Source: an uncultured bacterium
GTDB lineage: Bacteria; Pseudomonadota; Gammaproteobacteria; GCA-001735895
Direction of reading: 5' to 3'
Length of the DNA: 49,127 bases
Assembly (NCBI GenBank): GCA_965370015.1
Contig: CBDUSZ010000001.1
Location: 1 to 49,127, forward strand
Made by a program: the position numbers and the translations under genes. The notes beneath the pieces were generated by a model, which worked only from the letters and a program-made list of their open reading frames with translations, searched no databases and was not told the DNA's origin. This document shows, piece after piece, positions 24,737 through 36,502 of this stretch (position 1 is its first letter; each line of letters opens with the position of its first letter).

Positions 24737-25437
24737 GTCATGTAAACGTCGATCCAGTCGAAATCGAGAAATTTCAGGCTATAGCTTCTCGCTGGTGGGA
24801 TCCGCAAAGCGAGTTTAAACCCCTGCATGAAATTAACCCGCTGCGGGTTGATTACATAGAACAACGTACTGGCACACTTGCCGGTAAAAAAATTCTCGAC
24901 ATCGGTTGTGGCGGTGGAATTCTAAGCGAGGCAATGGCACTCAAAGGCGCCAATGTGACCGGCATCGACATGGGTGAGATGGCACTCAAAGTGGCGAAAA
25001 TGCATCTGCATGAATCGGAGCTCAAGATCGATTATCAAATGATTACTGCGGAAGAATTAGCACAACAGAATCCCAACGAATTCGATGTCGTCACCTGTCT
25101 CGAAATGCTCGAGCACGTGCCAGACCCTGCTTCTATTGTTGCTGCGGCAGCATGTTTATTAAAACCCGATGGGCAGTTATTTTTTTCAACTATTAATCGC
25201 AATCCAAAGGCCTTTGTTTTGGCGATACTCGGGGCCGAGTATATTTTAAATTTGCTTCCCAAAGGCACCCACGAATACAAAAAATTTATCAAACCATCCG
25301 AACTCGCCTCGGCGGTTCGAGCCAACCAGATGACAGTACTCGATATTACTGGCATGACCTACAACCCTCTGACCAGACACTACAAGCTAGGCCGCGATGT
25401 CGATGTTAATTATCTGATGCATTGCGCGCAACAATGA
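24733..25437 (+). CDS. ubiG: Ubiquinone biosynthesis O-methyltransferase
   Basis: Shows FQAIASRWWDPQSEFKPLHEINPLR and ILDIGCGGGILSE motifs. 234 aa. Confidence 0.93.
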   Translation: MSHVNVDPVEIEKFQAIASRWWDPQSEFKPLHEINPLRVDYIEQRTGTLAGKKILDIGCGGGILSEAMALKGANVTGIDMGEMALKVAKMHLHESELKIDYQMITAEELAQQNPNEFDVVTCLEMLEHVPDPASIVAAAACLLKPDGQLFFSTINRNPKAFVLAILGAEYILNLLPKGTHEYKKFIKPSELASAVRANQMTVLDITGMTYNPLTRHYKLGRDVDVNYLMHCAQQ

Positions 25438-26108
25438 TCGAGGCGGTCCTGTTTGACCTCGACGGTACACTCATTGATACCGCCCCGGACATGGGCGGCG
25501 CATTAAATAACTTACTCATCGAGGAGAGCCTGGCGCCAATACCACTGGACATTATTCGCCCCTATGTATCGCAAGGTGGGCTGGCACTTACCCGCTTAGG
25601 ATTTTCCAAGCATGTAGCCGAAGGCGAAATCGAACCCCTGCGGCTGCGTTATCTGGATCATTATCGCGCCATCGTGGCAGATGACTCGGTTTTATTCGAC
25701 AGCTTTGAGCAGGTACTTGGCACGCTCGAAGATCGGGGCATACCATGGGGTATAGTTACCAATAAACCTGAATGGCTAACGACCCCGCTACTAGAGCAAA
25801 TGGCACTCAGTCAACGTACCGCAGTGGTCATATGTGGTGACATGCTGGAACAGCGTAAGCCACACCCATTACCACTGATTGTTGCCGCCGAAACCATCGG
25901 CATTAGCTGCGCGAAGTGTGTTTATATTGGCGACGACCTGCGCGATATAGATGCTGGCAGAGCCGCAAACATGAAAACGCTGATAGCCGCTTACGGTTAT
26001 ATCAGGCAGGACACCAACCTCGACGAATGGCAGGCCGAGGGTATCATCGAACACCCTTTAGACCTATTGTCGCATCCCCTACTTAAAGAGCCTCTGATCA
26101 ATTCATGA
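25434..26108 (+). CDS. HAD-superfamily phosphatase (phosphoglycolate phosphatase / MupP-like)
   Basis: DLDGTLIDT HAD motif I, TNK motif II and GDDLRDIDAG motif IV. ATG at 25434 overlaps the ubiG TGA. Its position after ubiG matches the Pseudomonas MurNAc-6-P phosphatase mupP locus as I recall it. Confidence 0.8.
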   Translation: MIEAVLFDLDGTLIDTAPDMGGALNNLLIEESLAPIPLDIIRPYVSQGGLALTRLGFSKHVAEGEIEPLRLRYLDHYRAIVADDSVLFDSFEQVLGTLEDRGIPWGIVTNKPEWLTTPLLEQMALSQRTAVVICGDMLEQRKPHPLPLIVAAETIGISCAKCVYIGDDLRDIDAGRAANMKTLIAAYGYIRQDTNLDEWQAEGIIEHPLDLLSHPLLKEPLINS

Positions 26109-26848
26109 CTGAGATACCCGATACCTTTTCACCGCAAGAAGGGTTACTAAAGGATAAAATCATCCTGATTACCGGTGCGACTGGCGGATTCGGCAAGGCC
26201 ATTTCTCTCACCTGTGCCGAGCATGGCGCGAGCGTTATCCTGCTGGCGAAGAATTTACGCCTGGTCGAAACGCTCTACGATGAAATCGAAAATGCCGGGT
26301 ACCCAAAGCCTGCAATTTACCCGATGAACCTGGAAGGCGCGACCGAACACGATTACCAGCAACTCGCACAAAACATCGAACAGGAATTTGGACGTCTGGA
26401 TGGATTAATACACTGCGCGGCCCTGCTCGGCGCACCAACACCTTTTGAACATAGCGATACGGAAACCTGGTATCAGGTACACCAGGTGAATTTACACGCA
26501 GCTTATCTGCTAACCCGCAGCGCCATCTCGCTACTAAAGCAATCCAGACAGGCCTCCCTGGTATTTATCATAGATGACAAAAAAACTGCCTACTGGGATG
26601 CTTATTCGGTCAGTAAGCAGGGGGTAGCCGGAATGGCTCAGCTCCTCGCTGCCGAATTCGCAGGGAGTTCGCTCCACGTCAACTGTGTGAACCCGGGTAA
26701 GACTAAAACGACATTACAGATCCGTGCTTTTCCAGCAGCCGATAACGACTCTTTGCCTACACCCGAAGATCGTATGAAGACGTTTCTTTATCTGATGAGT
26801 GATGAATTACAGGAAAACGGGGCCACCTTTTCAGCACCCAACAAATAA
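26105..26848 (+). CDS. Short-chain dehydrogenase/reductase, YciK-like
   Basis: Shows ITGATGGFGKA glycine motif and YSVSK catalytic motif. 247 aa. ATGA overlap with the preceding gene. Confidence 0.85.
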   Translation: MTEIPDTFSPQEGLLKDKIILITGATGGFGKAISLTCAEHGASVILLAKNLRLVETLYDEIENAGYPKPAIYPMNLEGATEHDYQQLAQNIEQEFGRLDGLIHCAALLGAPTPFEHSDTETWYQVHQVNLHAAYLLTRSAISLLKQSRQASLVFIIDDKKTAYWDAYSVSKQGVAGMAQLLAAEFAGSSLHVNCVNPGKTKTTLQIRAFPAADNDSLPTPEDRMKTFLYLMSDELQENGATFSAPNK

Positions 26849-26963
26849 CCGTGATAAAGACCAACCTGCCACAAGTGCGAATGGGGATCCCTAATAAGAG
26901 TGCGTTTATGATTGAGGACTCTGAGAGTTGCCCGACTTTTGACTAGCAAAAGAGAGTATTTAA

Positions 26964-27362
26964 ATGAATCGTGTTTTCTTTGTAACTGGATCGGTTATGG
27001 CTGGGTTAGCAGTAGCAGCTAGCGCTTATGGAGCGCATGCCGGGGGCAGTCTAAATATGGAACAGGTAATATGGATCGAGAAAGCTGCTCGTTTTCAAAT
27101 TTATCATAGCCTAGCGCTAATCTGCGTTTCTTTTGCCATAAGTCATTGGCCACATACCAGATTATTTTACGCGGCAGGATGGTTCTTTCTAGTGGGCATA
27201 ATATGCTTTTCAGGGAGTTTATACTTGCTGGTTTTTAGCGGAATTAATTCAGCTTATATGATACCTGTCGGAGGATTGGCGTTTATTATAGGATGGTTGT
27301 TGATGGCCCTTGCAGGTTTTTATTTCAATCCGGCAGCTAATTCAGAGGTCACGCCGAGATAA
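26964..27362 (+). CDS. DUF423 (YgdD-like) membrane protein
   Basis: 132 aa with four TM helices. The ...AYGAHA... and ...FQIYHSLAL... motifs are typical of DUF423. Confidence 0.78.
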   Translation: MNRVFFVTGSVMAGLAVAASAYGAHAGGSLNMEQVIWIEKAARFQIYHSLALICVSFAISHWPHTRLFYAAGWFFLVGIICFSGSLYLLVFSGINSAYMIPVGGLAFIIGWLLMALAGFYFNPAANSEVTPR

Positions 27363-27420
27363 GGGCCCTACCCCTTATCTATCTGTTTAACTCACTTGAA
27401 TCTTAAATATCTGAAGGTAA

Positions 27421-28020
27421 TTATTTTATTTCAGTGAGTAATTTATCTGAAATATTTTTCGATTTCTCCAGATCTGCTTCAGATAATACCTCTGCAATTT
27501 GCTCACTGTATTTCTTCGCCGGTTCATAACCCCTTATTGCAGCAACATACATCCAGGCGTGGCCCTGCACATAATCCGTCGGAACCCCTTCCCCTCTGAA
27601 GTAGGTCACGCCGTAGTAGTATTGTGCTTTTGCATAACCCTGGTTTGCCGCCTGAAGATATAACTCCCTGGCTTTATCCTGATCCCGTTTGACATCCACT
27701 TGCCCGGACATATAAATCAGACCCAATTGTAACTGGGCCACGGCTGATCCCTGCTCCGCCGCCTGATTATGTAGTTTAAATGCGGCTGCCTTGTCTTTTT
27801 TTACCCCAGAGCCTGTTGTGTACATTGTCGCCATTTTCAGTTGCGATGTGACATCACCCTGCTCTGCCAAATCTTCCCATATCGAAACTGCTTTTTTATA
27901 GTCACTGGCTTCGTAGGCAGCTTCACCGTCTGCATAAGTAGCTGCATGCACAGGTGAAATTAAAAGGCTAGCGACCACTAACAAGTAAAAGAGTATTTTT
28001 CTACTTATAGTTCGTCTCAA
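27421..28020 (-). CDS. Secreted Sel1-repeat (TPR-like) protein
   Basis: Signal peptide (...ISPVHAAT) followed by about four Sel1 repeats (G.V..D...A...Y..AA.QG...AQ..LG..Y). TTG start without a clear SD. Confidence 0.75.
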   Translation of the reverse strand: MRRTISRKILFYLLVVASLLISPVHAATYADGEAAYEASDYKKAVSIWEDLAEQGDVTSQLKMATMYTTGSGVKKDKAAAFKLHNQAAEQGSAVAQLQLGLIYMSGQVDVKRDQDKARELYLQAANQGYAKAQYYYGVTYFRGEGVPTDYVQGHAWMYVAAIRGYEPAKKYSEQIAEVLSEADLEKSKNISDKLLTEIK

Positions 28021-28221
28021 TGGTTTTAAAAATTTTATCGGGTCGAATTACAATTTAATATGTCGAATTCGATCTCTTCAGGCATGCGTTAATTCTGGCA
28101 ATTTGCCGCTGCATCAACCAGCTAAGGCAACTCGATAATCACCGGGTCATAATCATCTATCAGTACATTATATTCCGACAGACCGCCGTGTACCAGTCCG
28201 ACACCGGGTATTTGGCAGCAT

Positions 28222-28260
28222 AATAAAAGATTCCGGATATGCACCAGGTGCATTCCGGAA
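28222..28260 (-). terminator. Probable rho-independent terminator of nirS
   Basis: Minus-strand TTCCGGAATGCACC-TGGTGCATATCCGGAA forms an imperfect long hairpin (28231-28260), followed by a T-rich stretch (TCTTTTATT). It lies about 125 nt after the nirS stop. Confidence 0.6.
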
Positions 28261-28383
28261 TAAGGGGTGGAGGGGAAGTTTTAACAGCAATGTCAGATTT
28301 TGAATTTTAGGAGAGCATATTCATACGCAAAACCTGACAATAAATTTCCTTTGGCGTTGAGGGCTAAGCTTATCTTTTTAGCA

Positions 28384-30411
<2,028 letters not shown>

Positions 30412-30412
30412 T

Positions 30413-30491
30413 CAGGTACCAGGGTTCTATCGAGGCAGTTAGAGGCAAATCACAAACTGTATATCCTTATCGAGGCCTCCCCTGGTACCTG
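30413..30491. repeat. 12-bp perfect inverted repeat enclosing two 9-bp direct repeats in the nirS leader
   Basis: CAGGTACCAGGG (30413-30424) pairs with CCCTGGTACCTG (30480-30491). TATCGAGGC occurs at 30428-30436 and again at 30468-30476, each 3 nt inside an arm. Confidence 0.8.
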
Positions 30492-30497
30492 GTTATA

Positions 30498-30539
30498 ACA
30501 ATACTCTCCTGTAGCAACAGGGTATTTGATATAAATCAA
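30498..30539 (-). promoter_or_regulatory. Class II FNR/ANR/DNR-type promoter of nirS (box plus -10)
   Basis: TTGATATAAATCAA at 30526-30539 matches TTGAT-N4-ATCAA perfectly. The minus-strand TATTGT (30503-30498) is centred 32 bp from the box centre, the spacing expected for a -41.5 site. Confidence 0.55.
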
Positions 30540-30828
30540 GTCGAACCAAGCGCGTTAATTCCGCAGGCGAAGATAATAAAAAAAGCATTGATATGTAGGG
30601 TAAATCTTGAATCTTCAATGATAAGGCGGACAATTGTGTTCTTAATATGCGATCGCCTGGTTTAGCAGGGCGTTATTTTAAACCCGGGTCTGATCGCGGT
30701 GGCCGTCAATTTAGAGGCAAGCAATCCTGAAAAAAGGCCGTTCAGCAATATATCTGTATCCTCAGGGGATAGAAATCATCATCCCCGCGCGGAAGAATCT
30801 TTTTGTCTATTTTTTCCTCATACTCTGG

Positions 30829-31275
30829 TTGTTGTCCTGGGCGTACGGTGAAGTATTAATCATAAACAGGCTTTTAAATAACCAAGGCCCACTGGATGCG
30901 TTCTTTATATTTTTTGCCTGTGGCTGGACTTTGAGCGGAATGTTTGCCAGCTATATTTGGCTGTGGAACGCCAGGGGTGGTGAAATTATAAGGATATCCG
31001 ACAGTGAGTTGAAACTATCAAGAGAGTACGTTTGGTTCTCAAGATCGAAGTTCTATGAGACGCGGCATATCAGCAATTTGCGCATCAGTGACCTTTCTCC
31101 ATCATCACTTACAATGGGTGGTGGCATGGAGTTTTGGGGCTTGTCCGGCGGTACCATCACTTTTGACTTTGGGTCAACTAGGGTGAAATTCGGATTAGGC
31201 ATAGATGAAACCGAAGCCGGGCATATCATTGAAGTAATTAAGACCCGCTACAAAAATATTGACCCTGTGCCGTAA
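30829..31275 (+). CDS. Hypothetical membrane protein (TM helices plus small beta-rich C-terminal domain; start unresolved)
   Basis: 148 codons from TTG 30829. The frame stays open back to 30715 with no ATG, GTG or TTG. No family recognised; the architecture loosely resembles bacterial PH-domain (YdbS-like) proteins. Confidence 0.4.
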   Translation: MLSWAYGEVLIINRLLNNQGPLDAFFIFFACGWTLSGMFASYIWLWNARGGEIIRISDSELKLSREYVWFSRSKFYETRHISNLRISDLSPSSLTMGGGMEFWGLSGGTITFDFGSTRVKFGLGIDETEAGHIIEVIKTRYKNIDPVP

Positions 31276-31460
31276 TGGTGTGATTAATTCCGCTAAGATC
31301 GAATACATTCTTCCGCTCCTAGCGGATGCGCTATAACCTGTCGGGCAATTCGTCGTAACGCGGTGAACGACTAGTCTGCAATCATCAACAGACAAATGAA
31401 TTCTGCCCACCGACGCGATCAGGGCAAACCTATTATAGATAATGAACGGATGAGTTTTTA

Positions 31461-34400
31461 CTACTGATACTCAAGATAAAAATCGTCTCTATCCAGGTGC
31501 TTCTCCAATGATAACAGGCACTGCTCCGAAGGCATCACTGACCACTGGCCGTTGGTTTTTAGTTCGTACAGGTAATCGTCGTGTTGAAGGTGGAAAACAA
31601 CCGGCATCGCGTTTTGACAACGATAACCCTCTAGATCACTGATTAATGTATCGACTCTTGCAGCGGTATTTCCATTCAGCTTGATATGTAGCGCCCTGGC
31701 ATGCGCAAATCGATAATTTTCCAGTAGTTGTACCCTGGCCGCGCGTATTTTGATGCCATTGTTAAAATCGTCGTAGGCTATCCCACCATCGACTACCCAG
31801 ATTAAGTCTTTTTCAACAATTTCTTCGATTTCCTGAAAAATTTTTGCCGGCACGCGTACTTCTATCCTGGCACTTCGATCATCAAGGGTGACAAACACCT
31901 CGCGGCCATTGAAACCATTTTTGCTGCGAACGCTAACCACCAATCCACATACCCTGGTCTGCTGTTCTTTCTGCCGGTAATTGTTGGTTGAAGCTACGCC
32001 TGTATTTAGTTTATCCAGCCAATCAGCGAGACTGGTAGGCGCTATTTGCTGAATCTCCTTTTCAACCATTAATAATGGATGCCCAGTGAGGAACAACCCA
32101 AGAGCTTCTTTCTCCTGTATCAGGCGATTCTTTTCATCCCAGGCTGCGCAATCCGGTAAAGGTTTAACTACTTCGTCAGGCGTGATTGACGCAAACATAT
32201 CGGTCATTCCGGCATCGAGGTTATTCCGCCTCTGTTCTGCCGATTGCAAGGCATAAGGCAGGTGGGCCATGAGCGCGGCGCGATTGTCTGAAAAACAGTC
32301 CATCGCCCCCGCCTTGATTAATGCCTCGATTAGCTTTCGGTTCGAGCGCGCCGAATTAATACGCTCACAAAAATTATCTAGCGACTGATAAGCCTGACCT
32401 TTACGACAGTCGACTATAATCTCAATCGCTCCTTTTCCGACGCCTTTTATAGCACCAAGCCCGTAGAACACAACGCCATCATCGGCAGGTGTGAACTGGT
32501 AATCAGACTGGTTGATATCGGGCGGTAATATGCTGAGCTGCATTTTACGACATTCATCGATTAAGGTGACTATTTTATCAGTGTTATCGAGGTCTGCAGA
32601 TAATACCGCGGCCATAAATTCGGTCGGGTGATGTGTTTTCAGCCACGCGGTTTGATAAGAAACCAGGGCATAGGCGGCTGAGTGAGACTTGTTAAAACCA
32701 TAACCTGCAAATTTTTCCATCAAGTCGAAAATATAAGTGGCATTATCACTATCGACATTATTGGCCACCGCACCCTCGGTAAAAATAGCACGCTGCTGTT
32801 CCATCTCCTCGGCTTTTTTCTTACCCATCGCTCGACGCAACATATCTGCGCCTCCGAGGGTGTACCCGGCTAGAACCTGCGCGATCTGCATGACCTGTTC
32901 CTGATATAGAATGACACCGTAGGTTGGTTTCAATATGGGTTCCAGGGCCGGGTGAGGATATTCGACTTTTGAACGACCGTGCTTACGGTTGATAAAATCA
33001 TCGACCATGCCTGACTGCAATGGTCCTGGTCTGAACAAGGCCACCAATGCAATAATTTCCTCGAAGGTATCCGGCACCAAGCGCCGAATCAGATCTTTCA
33101 TACCGCGTGATTCGAGCTGGAATACCGCGGTAGTCTGATGGGCCTGTAGTAGCTTAAATGTAGCCGCGTCGTTCAGCGGGATCCGCTCGATCTCGAGTGT
33201 TTGCGATGGACTCCGTGCATTGATAGATTTCACCGCCCAGTCGATGATGGTTAGTGTGCGTAAACCGAGGAAGTCAAATTTGACCAGACCTATTGCTTCA
33301 ACATCGTCCTTATCGAACTGTGATACCAGCCCTGAGCCTCCCTGCTCACAGTATATTGGAGTAAAGTCGGTCAGATCGCCTGGTGCAATCACGACGCCAC
33401 CCGCATGCTTACCGACGTTGCGAGTCAAGCCTTCGAGTGACAGGGCCATGTTGATTAGCATCGTCACTTCTTCATCCTGCTCGTATAATTCGCGTAGTGC
33501 TTCTTCCTGGTCAAGCGCTTTACTCAGCGTAATGCCGACCTCGAAAGGAACCAGCTTGGCAATCCGGTCGACGAATCCGTAAGGATGTGACATCACTCGT
33601 CCCACGTCTCGAATGACCGCCTTCGCCGCCATCGTGCCATAGGTAATAATCTGCGAGACCTGGTTTCGGCCATAGTGATCGGCAACGTATTCAATTACCT
33701 CGTCACGCCTGTCCATGCAGAAATCGATATCAAAGTCAGGCATCGAGACTCGTTCTGGATTGAGGAATCGTTCGAATAGCAGTTCGTATTCCAGCGGGTC
33801 TAGATCGGTAATATAGAGTGCGTAGGCTACTAACGAACCCGCACCAGAGCCGCGCCCGGGTCCCACCGGAATATCGTGTTTCCTGGCCCAGTCGATGAAG
33901 TCCATGACGATCAGAAAATATCCGGGAAATCCCATCTGAATAATGACATCAAGCTCGAGCTTTAGCCTGTCAAAATAAGTTTGCCGCTCAATCGACTCCC
34001 CCGCTGTGCATTGCTCTTGCAGAAAGGCCAGGCGTTTTTCTAATCCCTGCTCCGACACATGGCGAAAAAAGCTATCGGTGGTATGGCCATCGGGTATTGG
34101 ATATTCCGGCAGGTAATTTTCATTCAACTGCAATTTGACGTTGCAGGCTTTGGCAATATTGACGGTATTTTCGATCGCCTCGGGGATGTCGGCAAATAGT
34201 TCGAGCATTTCATCGTTGCTGCGTAAATACTGTTGCGATGAATACCTTCTCGGGCGTCGTTCGTCCTGCAGGGTAAACCCGGTACAGATACACACCCGAA
34301 CTTCGTGGGCCTCGAAATCCGTGGCATCAACGAAACAGACATCGTTGGTGGCTACCACCGGCACCTGAAACCGGGTCGAAAATTCAATTGCTGTATGAAT

Positions 34401-34940
34401 ATAATCCTCTTCGTAGGGGCGTCCGGTACGTTGTAACTCGAGGAAGAAACGATTCTCGAATATGTCAATCCACTGCTGCAAACAATCGCTCGCGAGTGCT
34501 TTATTGTTCATTTTCAGGGCCTGACCGATATCGCCATCGAGACAGGCCGAGAGTGCAATTAATCCATCTGCTGCGCTCTTCAACCATTCGATATTGATCG
34601 TTGGTCGGTCTACTAGCTGACCTTCCAGATAAGAGCGTGAAACCAGACGTTTTAGATTCAGGTAACCGGTATCATCCTGACATAATAAAACCAGTCGGCT
34701 GAGTGAATTCTTACGCTCTGGATGATGGATCCAGACATCTGCGCCAAATATTGGCTTTATACCACTGGCGGTTGCAGCCTTGAACATTTTGACCACCGCA
34801 AACAGATTCGACTGGTCGGTGAGCGCGATAGCAGCCATGCCCCGTTTTCGGGTTTCGACAATCAGAGGCTTGAGTCGTACGGTGCTGTCAAGCAGGGAAT
34901 ACTCGGAATGCAGATGCAGATGGACAAACTGGTTTGCCAT
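31461..34940 (-). CDS. dnaE: DNA polymerase III alpha subunit
   Basis: 1159 aa. PHP domain start FVHLHLHSEYSLLDS, polymerase core ...GLVKFDFLGLRTL..., and an OB fold at the C-terminus. Confidence 0.97.
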   Translation of the reverse strand: MANQFVHLHLHSEYSLLDSTVRLKPLIVETRKRGMAAIALTDQSNLFAVVKMFKAATASGIKPIFGADVWIHHPERKNSLSRLVLLCQDDTGYLNLKRLVSRSYLEGQLVDRPTINIEWLKSAADGLIALSACLDGDIGQALKMNNKALASDCLQQWIDIFENRFFLELQRTGRPYEEDYIHTAIEFSTRFQVPVVATNDVCFVDATDFEAHEVRVCICTGFTLQDERRPRRYSSQQYLRSNDEMLELFADIPEAIENTVNIAKACNVKLQLNENYLPEYPIPDGHTTDSFFRHVSEQGLEKRLAFLQEQCTAGESIERQTYFDRLKLELDVIIQMGFPGYFLIVMDFIDWARKHDIPVGPGRGSGAGSLVAYALYITDLDPLEYELLFERFLNPERVSMPDFDIDFCMDRRDEVIEYVADHYGRNQVSQIITYGTMAAKAVIRDVGRVMSHPYGFVDRIAKLVPFEVGITLSKALDQEEALRELYEQDEEVTMLINMALSLEGLTRNVGKHAGGVVIAPGDLTDFTPIYCEQGGSGLVSQFDKDDVEAIGLVKFDFLGLRTLTIIDWAVKSINARSPSQTLEIERIPLNDAATFKLLQAHQTTAVFQLESRGMKDLIRRLVPDTFEEIIALVALFRPGPLQSGMVDDFINRKHGRSKVEYPHPALEPILKPTYGVILYQEQVMQIAQVLAGYTLGGADMLRRAMGKKKAEEMEQQRAIFTEGAVANNVDSDNATYIFDLMEKFAGYGFNKSHSAAYALVSYQTAWLKTHHPTEFMAAVLSADLDNTDKIVTLIDECRKMQLSILPPDINQSDYQFTPADDGVVFYGLGAIKGVGKGAIEIIVDCRKGQAYQSLDNFCERINSARSNRKLIEALIKAGAMDCFSDNRAALMAHLPYALQSAEQRRNNLDAGMTDMFASITPDEVVKPLPDCAAWDEKNRLIQEKEALGLFLTGHPLLMVEKEIQQIAPTSLADWLDKLNTGVASTNNYRQKEQQTRVCGLVVSVRSKNGFNGREVFVTLDDRSARIEVRVPAKIFQEIEEIVEKDLIWVVDGGIAYDDFNNGIKIRAARVQLLENYRFAHARALHIKLNGNTAARVDTLISDLEGYRCQNAMPVVFHLQHDDYLYELKTNGQWSVMPSEQCLLSLEKHLDRDDFYLEYQ

Positions 34941-35522
34941 TTAGATCAGTTCCCGTACCGGCTTAAAGCTAATCCGATGCACTGGTGAGACTCCGTACTG
35001 CTTTAATAATGAACGGTGTAACAGTGTCGGGTAACCTTTGTGCCGGGCAAACTGGTATTGCGGAAATTGCTGGTCGAGTTCTAACATGTGGCGATCTCGG
35101 TGTTCTTTTGCGAGGATCGACGCTGCAGAAATACAGGGTTCGTAAAGGTCGCCTTTAATCACAGCGCGCATTTGTAAACCGGGGCAATCAGGTACCCGAT
35201 TGCCATCAATCAGCGCATACTCGGGCGCTGGATCCAATTGTAGAATTGCTCTTTTCATCGCCAGCAAACTTGCCTGCAATATATTAATTTTGTCTATTTC
35301 GACGCAACTGGCTTCACCGATTGCCCAGGCAATTGCATTTTGTTTAATCTGCTGTTCAAGGACACCACGTTTTATTGCGGAGAGCTTTTTTGAATCGGTG
35401 AGCCCGATAATAGAATGGGAGTCGCCCAGTATTACAGCAGCAGCAACTACCGAACCGGCAAGTGGCCCTCTTCCTGCCTCGTCGACACCGGCAACTAGTT
35501 TCGCATTTGTCATATTATCCAT
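34941..35522 (-). CDS. rnhB: Ribonuclease HII
   Basis: Shows [21 protein letters not shown] and ...DSKKLS... motifs. The stop abuts the dnaE start. The first ATG is at 35522 (TTG at 35528, another ATG at 35513). Confidence 0.92.
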   Translation of the reverse strand: MDNMTNAKLVAGVDEAGRGPLAGSVVAAAVILGDSHSIIGLTDSKKLSAIKRGVLEQQIKQNAIAWAIGEASCVEIDKINILQASLLAMKRAILQLDPAPEYALIDGNRVPDCPGLQMRAVIKGDLYEPCISAASILAKEHRDRHMLELDQQFPQYQFARHKGYPTLLHRSLLKQYGVSPVHRISFKPVRELI

Positions 35523-35557
35523 ATACAATGTGCGGTATAAATGTTATCAATTTAGCT

Positions 35558-36502
35558 ATGTCTCAGGCACTCAAAGTTGCTGTTATCGGTGTTGGCCATC
35601 TAGGGAAGTGGCATGCTGACAAGTATGCTGCCTCACCCGATTGCAAATTGCTAGCGGTCGTCGACAACAATCTGCAAGGCGCGCAGCAAATCGCCGAAAA
35701 ACATGGGGTCCAGGCATATAGCAACTACCATAGCATTCTTTCCCAGGTCGACGCGATCAGTCTCGCGGTTCCAACCAGCCTGCATTATAAAATTGCGCGC
35801 GATATTCTGGAAGCAGGAATTCATTGTTTGATCGAAAAACCGATCACTGAAACGGTCGAAGACGCAACTACACTGATCGAAATCGCACAACAAAATCATC
35901 TCGTGCTACAAATCGGACATATAGTACGATTTAACCGTTTGATGATGGATATCGACGAATTGCTGCAGACGCCACGGTTTATCGAATCCACGCGGCTTGC
36001 GCCTTTTACCTCGAGGGCAACCGATGTCAGTGTAATTTTTGATCTAATGATTCATGATATCGACATCATCCTGGATTTGATTGACAGTCCTATTCAGCAT
36101 ATTTCCGCCAGTGGAATGTCGGTGTTGTCAGATACCATCGATATAGCCAATGCGCGTATTGAATTCGAGAATCACTGTGTTGCGAATATCACTGCGAGTC
36201 GAATCAGCCAGAAACGTGAGCAAAAACTGCGAATATTCGAAAAAAATGCGTACATTTGCGCCGATCTCCAACATAAAATTTTGTCGATTAGTTATAAAGG
36301 GAAAACCGATAACGAAGCCGGATTTAAGGACATCGCGCATGAAGAACGCCACTATGATGATAATGACGCGTTGAACCTCGAAATACTGGATTTTATCACT
36401 GCAATCAAAACTGGTAGAAGCCCAAAGGTAAGCGGTGAAGATGGTAAACGAGCACTGGAAACCGCTATCGCGATAACATCTCAAATCAAGGCCGCACTAT
36501 GA
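35558..36502 (+). CDS. Gfo/Idh/MocA-family NAD-dependent sugar-nucleotide oxidoreductase (GnnA-like candidate)
   Basis: Rossmann start KVAVIGVGHLGKWH and an EKP motif (LIEKPIT). ATG at 35558 is preferred; the track's 35462 start lies inside rnhB. Translationally coupled to a DegT aminotransferase and lpxB. Confidence 0.8.
   Translation: MSQALKVAVIGVGHLGKWHADKYAASPDCKLLAVVDNNLQGAQQIAEKHGVQAYSNYHSILSQVDAISLAVPTSLHYKIARDILEAGIHCLIEKPITETVEDATTLIEIAQQNHLVLQIGHIVRFNRLMMDIDELLQTPRFIESTRLAPFTSRATDVSVIFDLMIHDIDIILDLIDSPIQHISASGMSVLSDTIDIANARIEFENHCVANITASRISQKREQKLRIFEKNAYICADLQHKILSISYKGKTDNEAGFKDIAHEERHYDDNDALNLEILDFITAIKTGRSPKVSGEDGKRALETAIAITSQIKAAL

Noticed and set aside
28125-28280. ~43-52 codon minus-strand ORF in the spacer downstream of nirS (…GLVHGGLSEYNVLIDDYDPVIIELP) that reads vaguely protein-like
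   Set aside because: It starts inside the putative nirS terminator hairpin, has no SD, and is below any length I can evaluate by eye. It could be a gene remnant, but I have no evidence for that.
30607-30618. Palindrome TTGAATCTTCAA as a possible second FNR-type site
   Set aside because: The half-sites are separated by 2 nt, not 4, and the half-site sequence deviates from TTGAT/ATCAA. It does not fit the consensus.
31195-31410. 71-aa minus-strand ORF between the hypothetical gene and dnaE, along with similar short ORFs at 23293-23484, 5577-5783, 24655-24864 and 40813-41076
   Set aside because: Each overlaps the end or start of a well-supported gene on the other strand, or lies in a promoter region. 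None has an SD or a recognisable motif.
35462-35557. 32-codon upstream extension of the Gfo/Idh/MocA ORF overlapping the rnhB 5' end
   Set aside because: The Rossmann fold starts right after the ATG at 35558 (MSQALKVAVIGVGHLG). The extension would overlap rnhB on the opposite strand and has no protein-like character.
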